Below are positions 11,447 through 24,674 of a stretch of 64,000 nucleotides of DNA, one piece after another. A program made the position numbers and the translations under genes. Position 1 is the stretch's first letter. Each line of letters begins with the position of its first letter. Source of the DNA: Phoronis australis. Taxonomy: Eukaryota; Animalia; Phoronida. Location of the stretch: NCBI GenBank assembly GCA_002633005.1, contig NMRA01000076.1:124001-188000 (forward strand). The letters run 5' to 3'. Below the pieces are notes generated by a model. The model ran no database searches. It saw only the letters and a list, made by a program, of their open reading frames with translations, and was not told the origin of the DNA.

Positions 11447-13769
11447 TTACTAATCATACAAACACATTTCCTATGGTATCGGAGTGAATTCTAACGAGAA
11501 TTTTAGCAGATCGACAAATGATAAATTGACTACAAACACCACTAAAAACATGCAATTGAGAGCCGTCTACGCACGTAATGTTCAGTCATCGAAAACTCGT
11601 ACGTGTATTATCAATTTCATGTCTTGCGAACAAAAGTTCCCGTGGCTTTCAGTGCTTTTGCTCATTATTCACCTAGTTACTGTTATCCCGTCATGATTAG
11701 AAGCTTAATTAGAGGCCTTAGTTCTCCCCCATTGTACGTATCGCAGGTGAAGATATCGATTGATCAGAGGTGTCATGCAGGGGATGTAAACGATAAGTTT
11801 TCTTATCTTGCCAGTGTAGCAGTCAGTTTACAATGGGTGAACTGCCAGCATATGCTATCAAGTCCAAATGACGACGGCCTTCTCCCACCATTTCAGTTTC
11901 ACAGTTTGCCACAACGGCACCAATTGGTCACACATAATCAGAATTGAAAGCGACTATTTTAAGCTTCAACTGCGGATGTATCTCGCAGAAAGGAAATGCA
12001 CGCGAATTTCCCATGTAAGCATTTTACTATTCCAATGGGTTCCCTTGAGTTGGGTATTGTATTTTCTGTGGACATTCTGTCTCAAGACTCGCCAGGAATG
12101 GCCTAGCCCACTTGTGACGTAATGAACGGACGAATCCATGTATACTGGTGACGTTCATTGGCCCTTCTATTTCACGACCTCACCGGAATCGCGTCAACTG
12201 TTATTCACTCTGAAATTTACACGCGACTCCGTTACTGCTCAATGGTTCGTACAGGCTTTGTACATGTTTGTATGATGGGATGTGGACGAAGTCGGAGACG
12301 AGGTGTAATTGAAGAAAGTTAAAAAATCAAGGGACAACATTCTCTGAACCCCGTTGCTGCATAACGGTGTGTATACATATACGTGATGTTGTTTGGCTTC
12401 TTTGCAGGCTTTGTGTTGACTTATGACTGGTCCACGTAACGCTGCACTAAAGAGTCTTAGTCGCATCCTTTTAGAACCCATCGGAGCAGGTGAATTATAA
12501 AATAAATGCCTGCTTGAATATTACTCATGCGTATATACTGTGACTGCAGCATCTGGCGACAATTTTGATTTGATGTGTTACATACAACAACGTGTGCGGC
12601 AACCGGCCTGCGGAGACTGCGGAAAGGATGCTACTGCGACCCTTCAAACCGTCAGTGGTCCTGCCCTAAATTAGGCAACGAACTCGGTTGGCTGACACGC
12701 GTGAAAGTTTTTTGAGCACATACAGTATAAGATAAAAGTAATCAGGTTAAATGGCGGTTTTCCCGTCATCATGACGGCTAATCGCGTTAACACAAAATAA
12801 CTGATAGGGTTCCAAAATTCTAATTACAGAATGACTTAGTTACCTTACTAACTTTCCTGTTAATTCCCCTTCATTCTCAGTCATCAGGGGAGACTATTAG
12901 CTGACGATGAATTCGATTTCATACCGAGTACGGAAACAATAGAACAGTCCCCGATAGAAAGTTCTTTTTTCTGCGGGTAAGAAAACGTATTGTTACATTG
13001 GGCCTGTTTTAGAAATGTCGGGTTGATTCTGAGAATCATGTTGACGTGCTTTTTTTAATTTTGGCAAAACATTGCAACCTCATTTATTGCCGCCGGAATG
13101 ACTGAGCCACTGAGTAGATACCGGAGCGTGTTTAGGTATTCTCGGGCCCGATCAGCACGGGGTGTGCCTCTGCACATTCAAATCCACGCCGGCAATAAGT
13201 GGGTACTCGACAGTACTGATGAAAATCCCAGCACCCGTCGTCACTCCTGTTATTTACCCACCCGCGACGATACCACCGATAATTTAAAGCTAGTAGAAAA
13301 TGCTCACTCAGCCAATACCTATGACGGCAAAATACCCACCAGATTTGTCAGAATTATTTTACGCTTCCAATGGAGAGCCCGCCTCCCTTCCTCCCCCTTT
13401 GGGCAATGTGCGAATTGGGTGGAGTTGAGATAACCCACCTTCTGTCTACCTCTCTTAAGACGTTCACTGCATTTGAGACAGCCTAGAAGGAGGTCTCTGC
13501 TCGGTTGCATGAAACAGTCCCAAATAGGGACTCAACTAAGTTCCCTAAATCTTATGAGTATTTATTTTGTTCTTTACTCACACATGTAATATTTTTCTAT
13601 TATTTCATCTGTATTGTGAACTCCGCTTTGACTAATGACATTTTCTAATGATATAACTAACAACTGAGCCCTTAATTCAGTCATAGTAATTAGGGACTAA
13701 TCCGTTAATGGGAGTTGCATGAAATGGTCCCTACTGATTTTCAATAATATCGACAATGGTCTAGGACAA

Positions 13770-14990
13770 ATCCAGTCAAAAAACAAATGTTGTTATTAAA
13801 CATTCGATGTATTTCTAAAAAGAGATAAAGACAAGAATGAAAAGGGTCTGGAAGAACAAATATTATCCCTTCAAGTTAGGGTTAATGGGAATGATGATCT
13901 TGTATTCGCGGATCTATAGGAGAATAATAAGTCCGAATACGAAGATTATCGCAAAGATTACATGCATGGAGTGATGGTCTGACCGGGAGCTAACTGGCTT
14001 GAAAACGGCGAAAAACCAACGAAGTACTTTTGCGCTTTAGAAAATCGCAATTTTGCAAATAAAATGTAATTAAGCTAGTTGACTCTAATGAAATAAACGC
14101 AGTTAAAGCAGAAGAATCACCTATACTCACAGAGATAACTTATTTTTACAAAAGTTATATTCTTGTAAAGACATTGACCTCGCTGGCGTGAATTTAGTTT
14201 AACTTTTGGCATCCGGCCTTGTGATTACATTGAATCAGTTTGACCGAGCAGAAATTGAAAACGTTATCACTCTGGAGGAAATTCATGAAACTCTTAAAAA
14301 TCTGAAAAATAACAAAAGTCCCGGCCCAGCTGGCTTTACAGTTAAATCCTTTAAATGTTCTTGGCCAGATCTAAACTACTTCTTGTTTCCGTCTTTTGAA
14401 GAAGGCGTTAACAACGAAGATCTATACACAACTCAAATCAGGGTATTATCTCAATCATTCCAAAAGGATATAACCCAAGAGAATACATTAAGAACTGGCG
14501 ACCAATTTTGCTATTGAATATAACTTATAAGATTCTGTCTAGGTGTACTGCAAGACGCTTCAGAAGTGTTCTGGGACCCATTTTTCGTGAGACTCAGTAA
14601 GGCTTCACAAAAGGTAGACATATACAGGAAAACATTAGAATTGTGTTTGATGTAATCCAGTTGTTGGATTCCAAATCCCTTCCTGGACTCCTCCTAATGA
14701 TTGATTTTGAAAAAGTGTTCGACTCGGTTTCCTGGTCTTTTATATTTAAGGCAGTGACGTACTTTAATTTCTGCCCCAATTCATCAACACGGAAAAACTC
14801 TCTACAACAAATCCAGTCTTTGTGTTCTGAATTTTTTTAAATTGGGAGAGGCTGTCGTCAAGGTGACCCCATTTCTCCTTACCTGTTTGTATTGTGTGTA
14901 GGCATTTTAGGTAATCTAATTCGACAGGATGACGGCATCACTTGGTTGGTATTTTTGAGTTCAAGCTAGTTCAGTGCAACGACGACACTT
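13770..14990 (+). mobile_element. Degenerate L1/Tx1-clade LINE ORF2 (reverse transcriptase) fragment
   Basis: Motifs in order, interrupted by stops and frameshifts: [69 protein letters not shown], and a decayed YADD (QCNDDT). Confidence 0.92.
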
Positions 14991-16447
14991 GATTAATTCG
15001 TTAATTAATTAATTCGTTTAATTAGTTACCGTATTCCTTCAGTCAAAAAAGTCTGGTCGCCTGTCTAATCCAGTTCACTTGCATTAACTTTCCACCAGGT
15101 TCTTTTTGGAACTTATATACTACATATTTGTTAGGAATGAAGAAAATAAAAACTGGGAATTTTGAGTGTTTAGGTGGTCACATAGTTGAAAACTGTCTTC
15201 GTAGGATTTGGAAATAGAATTTACATTTCGTTTTTCTCCGAGATTCACTTTCAGGATAACGGAGAGGGCCCTTTTGATTCCTCTGTAACCGTTTTCACGA
15301 ACTATAGTCGAATGCTGTCATTATAGATATGAGTGAACGCCCGTAGTCAGACACAGTAGTTGAACCATTCTCATCTGAACCTAACAATGGTGCAACTACA
15401 CTGCAAACAAGATGACGTCCTCCAGGTAGTTGAAAGTAAACAGAACGACTTTGTTGGTATAGAATGTGATTACTCAGTACAATCGGCAAATTTTAGCGGT
15501 CATTTTAATAAAACAATAATGCATGTTTCGATTGCTCGTTATAAATAATGCACGTTGCTTTACTATTTCATTCTCAATGTATGCACACTCCTGATCGTCG
15601 ACATTATTCATAATGACTTGCGTCGGCCACTGACAGTATCAATGTCAAGTCCAACGCAATCTCATTATCGGCTCATTGCAAACACTAAGACATGATAGCA
15701 TACAAATTTCGTTTGGTTAATTTCGGCGACATAAAACAAGCAATTAATGTTCTAAAAATACTCTTCGAACTCAGAAAGCTTCTTTTTCGTATGCGTCTAC
15801 GAAATGAAATTAAATGAAAACAGCTAGGTGGAGAACTGAGAAGTGGTGCAATACGTAATGCTGAACCAAGCTGCGATGGAGAGTACAAACAGAGGGGCGT
15901 TAATTCAACTTCGCCGCGGTGTGTGTTGAAGATGGCCACGAATGATCAGTTCTTAACTCCCGGGTTTTACTCGCCACAGCCTACGGGAAAACATTGATTT
16001 GTAAAATTATACTATAAAGTATGCGCGCCTACTGAAGTCGGATTGGAATCCATGTGTATTGCAGCTAGTCCATTCAACGCTATTCTGGGGCAGTAGAGGA
16101 CGCTATTTGACAAGGGTAACATTCTCCCGTTCGGTGGAAACGTTCAAGGCCACGGCATTGTTGTCTCACATCTGAAAATAACTCGAGCATGCGCTGTGCA
16201 ACACTAAAAATTCCTGATGTCATGGCGCAGACATTTGCAACGCCACTATGAAGGCGCTTCAAAAGATCGTATTGGTCGACAAGACGGCGTTCACGTTCTT
16301 GCCTCAGTACCTGCTTCAGTTCGCATCATTTTTTTCTATTACGGCTGACTTAAGTTACACCTGCATTTCTCCCTGCTTAGCTGGTAAAAGCGAAAATCAA
16401 ATTAGGCCTTTTCAAAAAACACCGATCTTATGATTTCCATGTTGTCA

Positions 16448-16580
16448 CGGGACTTTATTTCTGTCGGTAACAATTCAAGGTAATTTGTACATGTGCCATT
16501 TTCGATCTCGCAATTTTAGGGTTAGTCTACACTAACAAGCGTTTCGATGTTCTCGTTGGTAACGGAAATAGAATCTTATC
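16448..16580. repeat. Dispersed repeat, inverted copy at about 56666-56830 in a KDM4 intron
   Basis: ...GTACATGTGCCATTTTCGATCTCGCAATTTTAGGGTT...GTTGGTAACGGAAATAGAATC matches the reverse complement of GATTCTATTTCCACTACCAAC...AACCCTAAAACTGCGAAACCGAAAGTGGCGCATGTAC. Confidence 0.75.
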
Positions 16581-17356
16581 ACGCCAGCAAGGAGAATGAT
16601 TCCATTAGAGTAAAAGGCCGAATTCGATTCTAGTTTTTAACCAGCTAAACGGGATGAGATGACCTGAAAACGCCTAATAACACCAAGGGAGATTTGACCA
16701 AGCAAATGAGAGTTCGGGATCGACGGACCTTCAGGATTCGCGATCGCACCTGAGATCGTTATGGATCTGTAAACAAAGTTGTCCCTGTTTACCAAAAGGG
16801 TCTTTTCTGTGTCTTATACCACGAACGCTTTTGGAACTTAGTTCATACAGTTTAGATCTAACGATAACTTTAAAGGTGCCTGTGCGTCACCCAAAATTCA
16901 TTGAAGATGTATAAACAATTTTATTTCCCGCGTGTCCAAACTCACCTTGAACTGCTTGAATCCAGCATTCAAAGCCCTTCTTTTTCGTCAAAAGTGTCCT
17001 ACAAACTTCGATTACTGCTGGTTACGATCGAGAAAGCCTTTTTGAACCTTGGCCGCAGTTCATCGATGAATCAACACAGGACTATTGAGAATGTAGGTAG
17101 AGACAAGATAACAACTAACATCGGACCAGTTCTAATCGCATACGTTACGTAGTGCAGTTCACACTGTAACTAGAATCTGGCCTAGCAAGAACAACCATAT
17201 AAGCTCAAAAGTTACTGCCTTCATTTTCATAATGTAATATTTTTGGGAAAGTTTATAATTACACCCATTCGTTCACAGAACACCAAGGATGTTCCCATTT
17301 TCAGTTATTCAAACGAAAATCTGCAAATCTGATACAAACAATGAAGGAGAATTTCG

Positions 17357-17484
<128 letters not shown>

Positions 17485-17859
17485 NAAGTCAATTTTTCCA
17501 TGTTTTGCTACTTAAAAAGCGATCAAAAATACACCAAATCGACAATTTCATCCTCGAAGCCACCGTTTGCATGCGATTGCTATGAATTCAGAGACAATGC
17601 ATTCAGACTGCCAAAACTCTCCAGATTACAGAAATTAGGTGAAAAGTGGGTGTTGATCAGAAAGATTTTTTTACAAATCTTAAGTGTCTGAAGGGTATCT
17701 GTATGTCGACTTCTGCTTGCAAGCAGTGAAGGTTTAAGAAAAGCCGAGACTGAGCAAAAAGTAGGTCTGTGGGTCAACAGCTGAGTCTCACTCAGAACAG
17801 ACTCATCAATCAAAACAAATGGGATTCGTAGCTTTCACTCGAAGCACAAAACATAAATA

Positions 17860-18712
17860 GCCGATTTTATAAAGGTGGTTTAAAATTAAACCTGGATTAA
17901 AGCGGACTTAGACCTGGTTTAAAGATAATCTACAATTCATAAAGGTGGTTTAACTTTTAGACCATTGGTCTAGTAAAACCTGCTTTATCTCCAGTTAAAA
18001 CCTGGTCTAAGACGCTCTTTATTTCACCACCGTGGTCTAAATTTCTTAGACCTGTACTAAGACCTTAAACCAGGTTTAACTTTAGACCTGGTGAGACCCA
18101 GGTTTAACACTGTTAAAGGTGGACTCGGAGTAACGCGATATACACGTGCTCAACCGTGCAGCTGAAAGACGTCGCGCTGGGCGTCGCCGACGCAATTTAA
18201 GAGCGAGAGTAAACTATTTTCAATTTTACGACGACACAGACTTCGAAAACCGGTTGCGAATGACAAAACAGACGACAGACATCATAATCTTGTTCCCTAT
18301 GACATTGATTTTTTGTAATTAGTTCTGTGAGGAAACCTTTTTCCTCAGGAGAAAAGTTTTCCGAACTTTTTCTACTCATTTTTTTTTTGGTGACAGAGCC
18401 ATCAGGAAATGTACGTCTGCACTGATTCTACCAACAACTGTGTGCTGTCATTTATACCCACATGATCACAGTTCCATTGAAGCACTTTCTGTGTTGGGTT
18501 AATCCAACTGGACACAGTAGGGTGCCTTGGATACTTTAAACCAGCCTCCCTTTCAGTAACCCGAGGAGCTCGCTAAAAAGCAACATTTCGCGAGATTACT
18601 TGAGATATTGCCGTGTATTTTAAATGAGAACACGTGACTTTGGCTAGAATTTAGCTAGGTCGTAGGTTTATGTCTTAAACCTGGTCTTGTTAAACCACCT
18701 TTATGAAATCAC
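17860..18712 (-). mobile_element. PIF/Harbinger-like non-autonomous element with a Myb/SANT-like ORF relic
   Basis: TIR GATTTYATAAAGGTGGTTTAA at 17863-17883 and inverted at 18690-18710; many subterminal AAACCAGGT/AGACCTGGT motifs. Minus-strand relic MSRKSSENFSPEEKGFLTELITK/(frameshift)INVIGNK resembles the N-terminus of Harbinger Myb/SANT proteins. Confidence 0.7.
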
Positions 18713-20677
18713 TTGTTGTTTGCGATGTCAAAGTACTGATTGCTCACACCGATGTTTTCGGTTTTGATATTTGAACGTAGGGAGTTATTTTATTCCGTGC
18801 CAAGTGGAAAACTTGAAGTAGGCAGAAATTAAGCAGATTTTGTGGTCATTGATGACTATTTCATTATCGCCGAAAGTGCAAACATGTCGCTGGATCCAAA
18901 GGAATATCTCTTTAATTTCCAATTGGGCAGCGAATTGGGGAGCCTGCAGTCAATATTTCCTTGCTGTTGTAAGTGGGGTACAGTTTACAATTATCTATTT
19001 TTGTGTGTTCACTGTAACGATAAGAATATTAAAAAATTGCTTTCAGAATTTAACGTTAATATCATAAAATAGGCCTACTAGTTAGTGTAAAAAGCCTACA
19101 AACGTGTATATATAAAATACGTGTCACAAATGTTTGTGAATTTGTTTCACACCAAAATTACCTCACATGGTCGCATTGTCATTCCGTGAATGTATTTAAT
19201 AAACTATTTGACAAGATTATTTAACAGGTTATATTTCATGGCACGGGTCCATGAGACAGTTCAGTATAATTTATTGCAGGAGGAAAATCCTGTGTGGAAT
19301 CTTTGATTAAAGTTTTATTGTTAATTACATGGTAACCATTTTGGACTGATAGTGAAGTAACTTTTCTACATTGTTTCGAGCAACGTTTCAAGGACTCGAG
19401 GACTAGCATTATTGTTCTACATTAAAGTTCTTTTACAATGATGAAATGTGGTTCAAGTCTTTATGGAAATCCACAAATTTTATTTATTAGTGACATGGCA
19501 AGATTTATAGTCAGGGCCTGATGGTTAGAAATAGTCGTCACGCTCAGTGATAGTGATCTATGGTTATTGTCAGTGTTCGTATCGTGTCATTAAATATGAG
19601 TATAGCTTTATAACTTGGCGAAATGTAATTTTGCTCAGTACGTTGCTCTGTCGTGTAATTTGATAGTACACACCCCGATACAAAGGACATTTCTGTAACG
19701 AGTGAGAAGATATTTGCACAGAATCAACTCCTCAGCAGTCGAGGTTTATTGTTTTTCGTTACGATCAGATCCAAGATGGCGCATATAGCCGCCATTTCGG
19801 TTTCAGGAAACGCTCATAAAAGTCCAATTTTCGTTGAATTGTGCTCAAAAGCATCATCATCGTCATTATTATCCTTGTAACCATCATCATCATCACTATG
19901 GTCGTTTACGTCAATTTACATAAGTAGTCGCCATCTCATTCAGCGAACTGAACGAGCCACATTTCTTTAGGTCTACTCCATATAGTGAGTACTTGCCTGA
20001 GCCAAGGAAATACTGTGTGAGGACTGTCAAAGCTAAGAAAATGTTTCTAAGTGGCAATGCTGCTGCAGGTTTGACATTTTGGGTATTTGTCCTGCACGCG
20101 AGAAAGTTACTCAAGACCTGCAAAATTGCTTCGCGCGCTCGACCAATAAGAACACCCCGAAGCAGTCAGGTGGTGCCAGTATGGCAGCGCCCACACAAAA
20201 ACACATGAATGTGATGGAAAACATGGAATATCAACAAAATGTTTTGTATTCCAACGCTGAAGTGTATTGCCACCGCAGGACGAAGAGTTTTGGTTCAAAA
20301 CGTATTGATGACAGAGTCACGCATATGTTATGCGTGAAAGACGCTCTGAAAGGAAAAAAGCTCTTTTATGCTAGTCTTTTTTTACACAGTTCATCAAATG
20401 AAAATATCGGAAATTTTGGTCTCCCAAATTGCGCAAAATTTATTCAGGAAATATCAGTATCATTGTATGTCATCAGTAGAGGTGTTTCGACGGCGTTAGA
20501 TGACGGCGGTACTGGCATTGTGGTTGGTGCCGAGATCGATTATCGCAGTGGCGTCGTAGTTTTCTCAGTCGAGCGCTGTCAGGGGTAGTTTGTAGAGGGC
20601 GCTGGCGGAGCATTTGGCTAATCAGCAGTGTTCTTGCTGTGTCATGGTTGTGTGGATGTTGTTGTTTTCGATGTTAA

Positions 20678-22003
20678 AGGCAAAGGCAACCTTTTTTCAT
20701 GTCATTTTTAGCAAAAATAAGGTTCGTTGATTATCCCAGACATATTTTTCACTTATTTGACGCTTTAGTAATTTAATTAATTACTCGTCGTCTACTCCGG
20801 GAGTGACGTTTTGGGAGGCAAGAATTTCGCGCCAATTTCTTTCCATATAGTCTGACTGTGAGAGCAGTCGAATCAGTCATTGTTCTACCTCGGTTGTGAT
20901 AAGTTCGGTCGTCGTTTGCTTTTGCTTACGAGTCAGTCAACATGCCACGCTGTTGCTGCTTACTGGGTTGTACTCATTATCGTCTCACGTGCAGAGGAAG
21001 AACTGTCCCACTTGCCCTAGTGTCCCGCGACACACTCCCACTGGAGGGTGATCTGAGCACCCAAACAGCTTACATCCCGCCGTGTGACTCCGTCGCCACA
21101 CACCTGGCACCTTCTAAATAGCTCCAATAAAAGTCCACAATAAACTTATCAAACTTAGGCTCACCGATCTGTTCATTGGATGACGAACTGTCCTCTTCAC
21201 TGGTTGTCGAACTGGCCTGTATTCACCCCCACTACTCAACATCACTGCAGGGCTGCTTACAGGCTCTGGGCTAGAGACAACAGCACAGGGCGAATCACTG
21301 CTAGTTCCCGGAATTACACGCAATGGGGTACGTTCGGAGGCAAGGGTGACAGTAGATGAAGTGCCTCCAGTCACTGTATACAGAGGCCACAGCTCGCTAG
21401 ACTTCTCGCTTCAAAAACGCGCTTCTCGGGGTTGGCGACGGGGCACTGATGGGAATCAACAGCGACGGTATGGTACCCTTCTTCAGGCGTTGTTTCGAAG
21501 GGACCTTCATCAATTCAGCGTACATATTTCTGTCGTAATCCGATGGCAGAAAATGCTTGCCACCCTCGGTAACCCTCCACTGCTTTGTACGTTGCGTGGA
21601 CGGGTAGCGCTGCGTTCTTCACATGAACGAGCTAGCCAAGTACGGCGTAGTGTGTCATCCTTCGGAAAGCGACGCAAGGTACCCAAAGCGCGGTGAGACA
21701 ATAATGAGTACATCTCGGCACGCAGAACAGCGTGGCATGTTGACTGACTTGTAAACAAAAGCAAACGACGACCGAACTTATCACAACCGAGGTTGAACAA
21801 TGACTGACTCGACAGCTCTCACAGTCAGACTATAATGAAAAGAAATTGGCGTGAAACTCTTGCCTCCCTAAACGTCACTTCCGGAGTAGAGGACGAGAAA
21901 TTAATCAAATTACGAAAAGCTGTAATTAAGTGTAAAATGTGTCTGGGATAATCAACTAACCTTATTTTTGCTAAAAGTGACATGAAAAAGGTTGCCTTCG
22001 CCT
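20678..22003 (-). mobile_element. Kolobok-like DNA transposon (1326 bp) with TTAA TSD, ~300-bp TIRs and a frameshifted THAP domain
   Basis: TTAA at 20674-20677 and 22004-22007; termini AGG...CCT; arms ~20678-20990 and ~21690-22003 are imperfect inverted copies. Minus-strand THAP relic from the ATG at 21738: MPRC..CVPRCTHY / LRRFPKDDTLRRTW / KHFLPSDYDRNMYAELMKVPSKQRLKKGTIPSL. Confidence 0.88.
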
Positions 22004-22671
22004 TTAAGTTTGTAACATAAGTATAGTTGGCTGATCCGTTTTGTTATTTTTGTGCTGTTTTGTTATGTCTTTGGTGGTTTGATGACTGCGTTTCGCATTA
22101 GAGTCATATGGAAACGTTGTTTGCTCTCATATGTTTCATATTGCCAATATAAGGTTTGACTGTTTGCAGTGTTTATTTTTTCATCTTTGATTGGTAAAAT
22201 ATTCATAGTTATTAGTATGGTACCAATAGCTGGTACGCCGATTCTGATCGATGTCTGAAAGGTACGAGTTAGAACTTGAAACCGGTCACGTGAATGGTTA
22301 TTGACTTTTCTACAACCGTGTTTTGCAGCTAATGCATTATATTTGTTTTTCTAAATCACATGTTTGGCTGTACGTGTGTAGCAACAACGGGCTATGGGAT
22401 AGCTCCTGACTCCGAGGCTAGTTCAGCCTGACGTACAGAGGGGTGGTACGAAGAAACCAGTAACTTTCCCCTAAGTGGAGAAAACAGCAACGGCAATATA
22501 TTTAGGTCTTTAATTGCAATTGTTTAAAGGCTTGTTTCTTCGTTGTATATCCAGGGCTAATCCACAGTGTAATTTGGCCCGATGATCGACCCTGGGGTGG
22601 GCTTCGTGAAAACGTGGCTGACCTCGCGGCGAATTTGCTGGCCTCATGACTGACATCTTGATCGGCATTTT

Positions 22672-22824
22672 CATGGGCGGCGCACCAGTACGGGGCTGGG
22701 GGCTATAGCATCCCACGTTTTTAGTACTGCGCCTCCCATGGTGTATGGGGGGTGCCCCACAAGGGGGCTGGGGGACTATACTATGAGCCCTGGCCCCACT
22801 TTTTACAAAGCTGCGCCGCCCATG
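22672..22824. mobile_element. G-rich MITE (153 bp) with 13-bp TIRs and a 5-bp TSD
   Basis: CATGGGCGGCGCA ... TGCGCCGCCCATG, flanked by ATTTT on both sides (22667-22671 and 22825-22829). Confidence 0.8.
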
Positions 22825-24404
22825 ATTTTGAATGCGCTTCAAAATTTAGCATACGTGGCTCCCAGGAAGAAAAACGGGTTTGTGACAATCCTGAATATCA
22901 CACTGGAAACATAGATTTTATGACATCCCTATTCTCCCGTCCACTTAATTACTCTACCTAATTCAATATTCAAGCTGTTGGACAAGCCGCTTTGGGTGTA
23001 CTGATTCTCGAAGTCGACTACAAAAGTCAATCGATCTTAGCTGGTTGACCCAGCTCGCTGGACTGGCCGAGTGAGTGAAGTGCTGCCAGTGATCGAGATC
23101 AATCACCAACAAAAGGCTTAAGTTGACAGACAGGCCGACAGATTGACAAAAACAAATCGATGACAGTATTTTCCCCCTCGGCATGGAGTTTCAAACGAGC
23201 CTTGCCACGTGCTGCCGAAATCCAAGATTAGACCATGTGCTTTTTCTCAGATCGGTGCTTTAAATTCCGTTGTAGCCGGGTCTGTCAAGGTAAGCCAGGA
23301 AACTCCCTGTTCACTTGGTGTATTAATGAATTGAGACGGGATACTCTTTTGCCATGGATCGAGTTAGAACGTACCGTAGCTCAGTGGTCACCTTCAGTTC
23401 ATAGGTCAGAGAAATAGGCCTACTGTAGGACTAATCCACGTGACTATTTGAATCCATTTATCAAAACTGTTGGACAATATTAGTTTACTACCGACCCATA
23501 GTTTTACGCAAGGGTGCTTTTGCGGTGAAAGACGTTAATGGGGTTTATTTGACCCTGAGATAGGACAACGTGTCGATCATTTATTCACGTCTCATTGCTT
23601 CCATTGTGTCATGGGATGCAGAATTCTTGTTTGTTGTTGAAATCCGGCTTCAGCTAGCGACGTCCAGTAAAGCATCCGCTACCGCTACAGTCTCTACTGC
23701 CTGTGATACTCTAGGGGGGAAACGTTGCCCTACCACCTGCACCTGTCGCTTTAGCCTTTCGCTATGAAATAGGCCTGCGCTCCGTAGACTTGAGAACCTC
23801 ACGAAAACGCAAATTCGCGCAAGACTTCGCGACGTGTCGTCCTGTATAGCAAATCAAGTACTCGCACTTGCTTCCCTCGTGAGATTCTTGAGTCTACGCT
23901 TAATCAAATTAGCCAAATCCATTCGGAATTTATACTGGCTCGAAATTGTTATTTTTAATTTTGTATCTGATCGTGGTCTTGGTGGTTACACACTGCTAGT
24001 CCGTGTATGGCCTCGTAACCGATATCTGTACGCCAGACAATGGCTATCTATCTATCTACATATATTTACATCACTGGTTGTCTCCTGTGCATTTTGATTT
24101 GACGTGTCAGCACCGTATCTGCACTAACAAGTCCTGCAGGTTTTGTCTTCAATGTCACGATGTTTTTTTAGCCTAAATACATCATTGTTTTGTTTTGTTT
24201 TTCTTGAACCGTTCGTCGAAGTTAACCTGAAGCTGGAAAATAAGGGTCAAAAGGGTATTATGAAAAATTTATTCACAATAATAGGGTTGGCCCTGAGTGT
24301 GTCTGTAAACTGAACTCTTTTGTTGCATGGTTGATATCTGCTCAAATTTTTTAAAACCTTTCCAGTGTTTCCCACCTCCTTCGTCAATGCTTGAATGCAT
24401 GTTG

Positions 24405-24674
24405 NNNNNNNNNNNNNNNNNNNNNNNNNNNNNNNNNNNNNNNNNNNNNNNNNNNNNNNNNNNNNNNNNNNNNNNNNNNNNNNNNNNNNNNNNNNNNNNN
24501 NNNNNNNNNNNNNNNNNNNNNNNNNNNNNNNNNNNNNNNNNNNNNNNNNNNNNNNNNNNNNNNNNNNNNNNNNNNNNNNNNNNNNNNNNNNNNNNNNNNN
24601 NNNNNNNNNNNNNNNNNNNNNNNNNNNNNNNNNNNNNNNNNNNNNNNNNNNNNNNNNNNNNNNNNNNNNNNNNN
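24405..24674. other. Assembly gap (N run)
   Basis: N run followed by a poly-C tract; a probable MITE end (CCTAGATCCGCCACTG) lies at ~24951-24966. Confidence 0.99.

Noticed and set aside
19911-20588. Overlapping ORFs of 63-169 aa
   Set aside because: No recognisable motif or consistent splice chain; possibly decayed element sequence.
23375-23420. GTAGCTCAGTGGTC as a tRNA 5' end
   Set aside because: Only an A-box-like motif; no B-box or cloverleaf follows.
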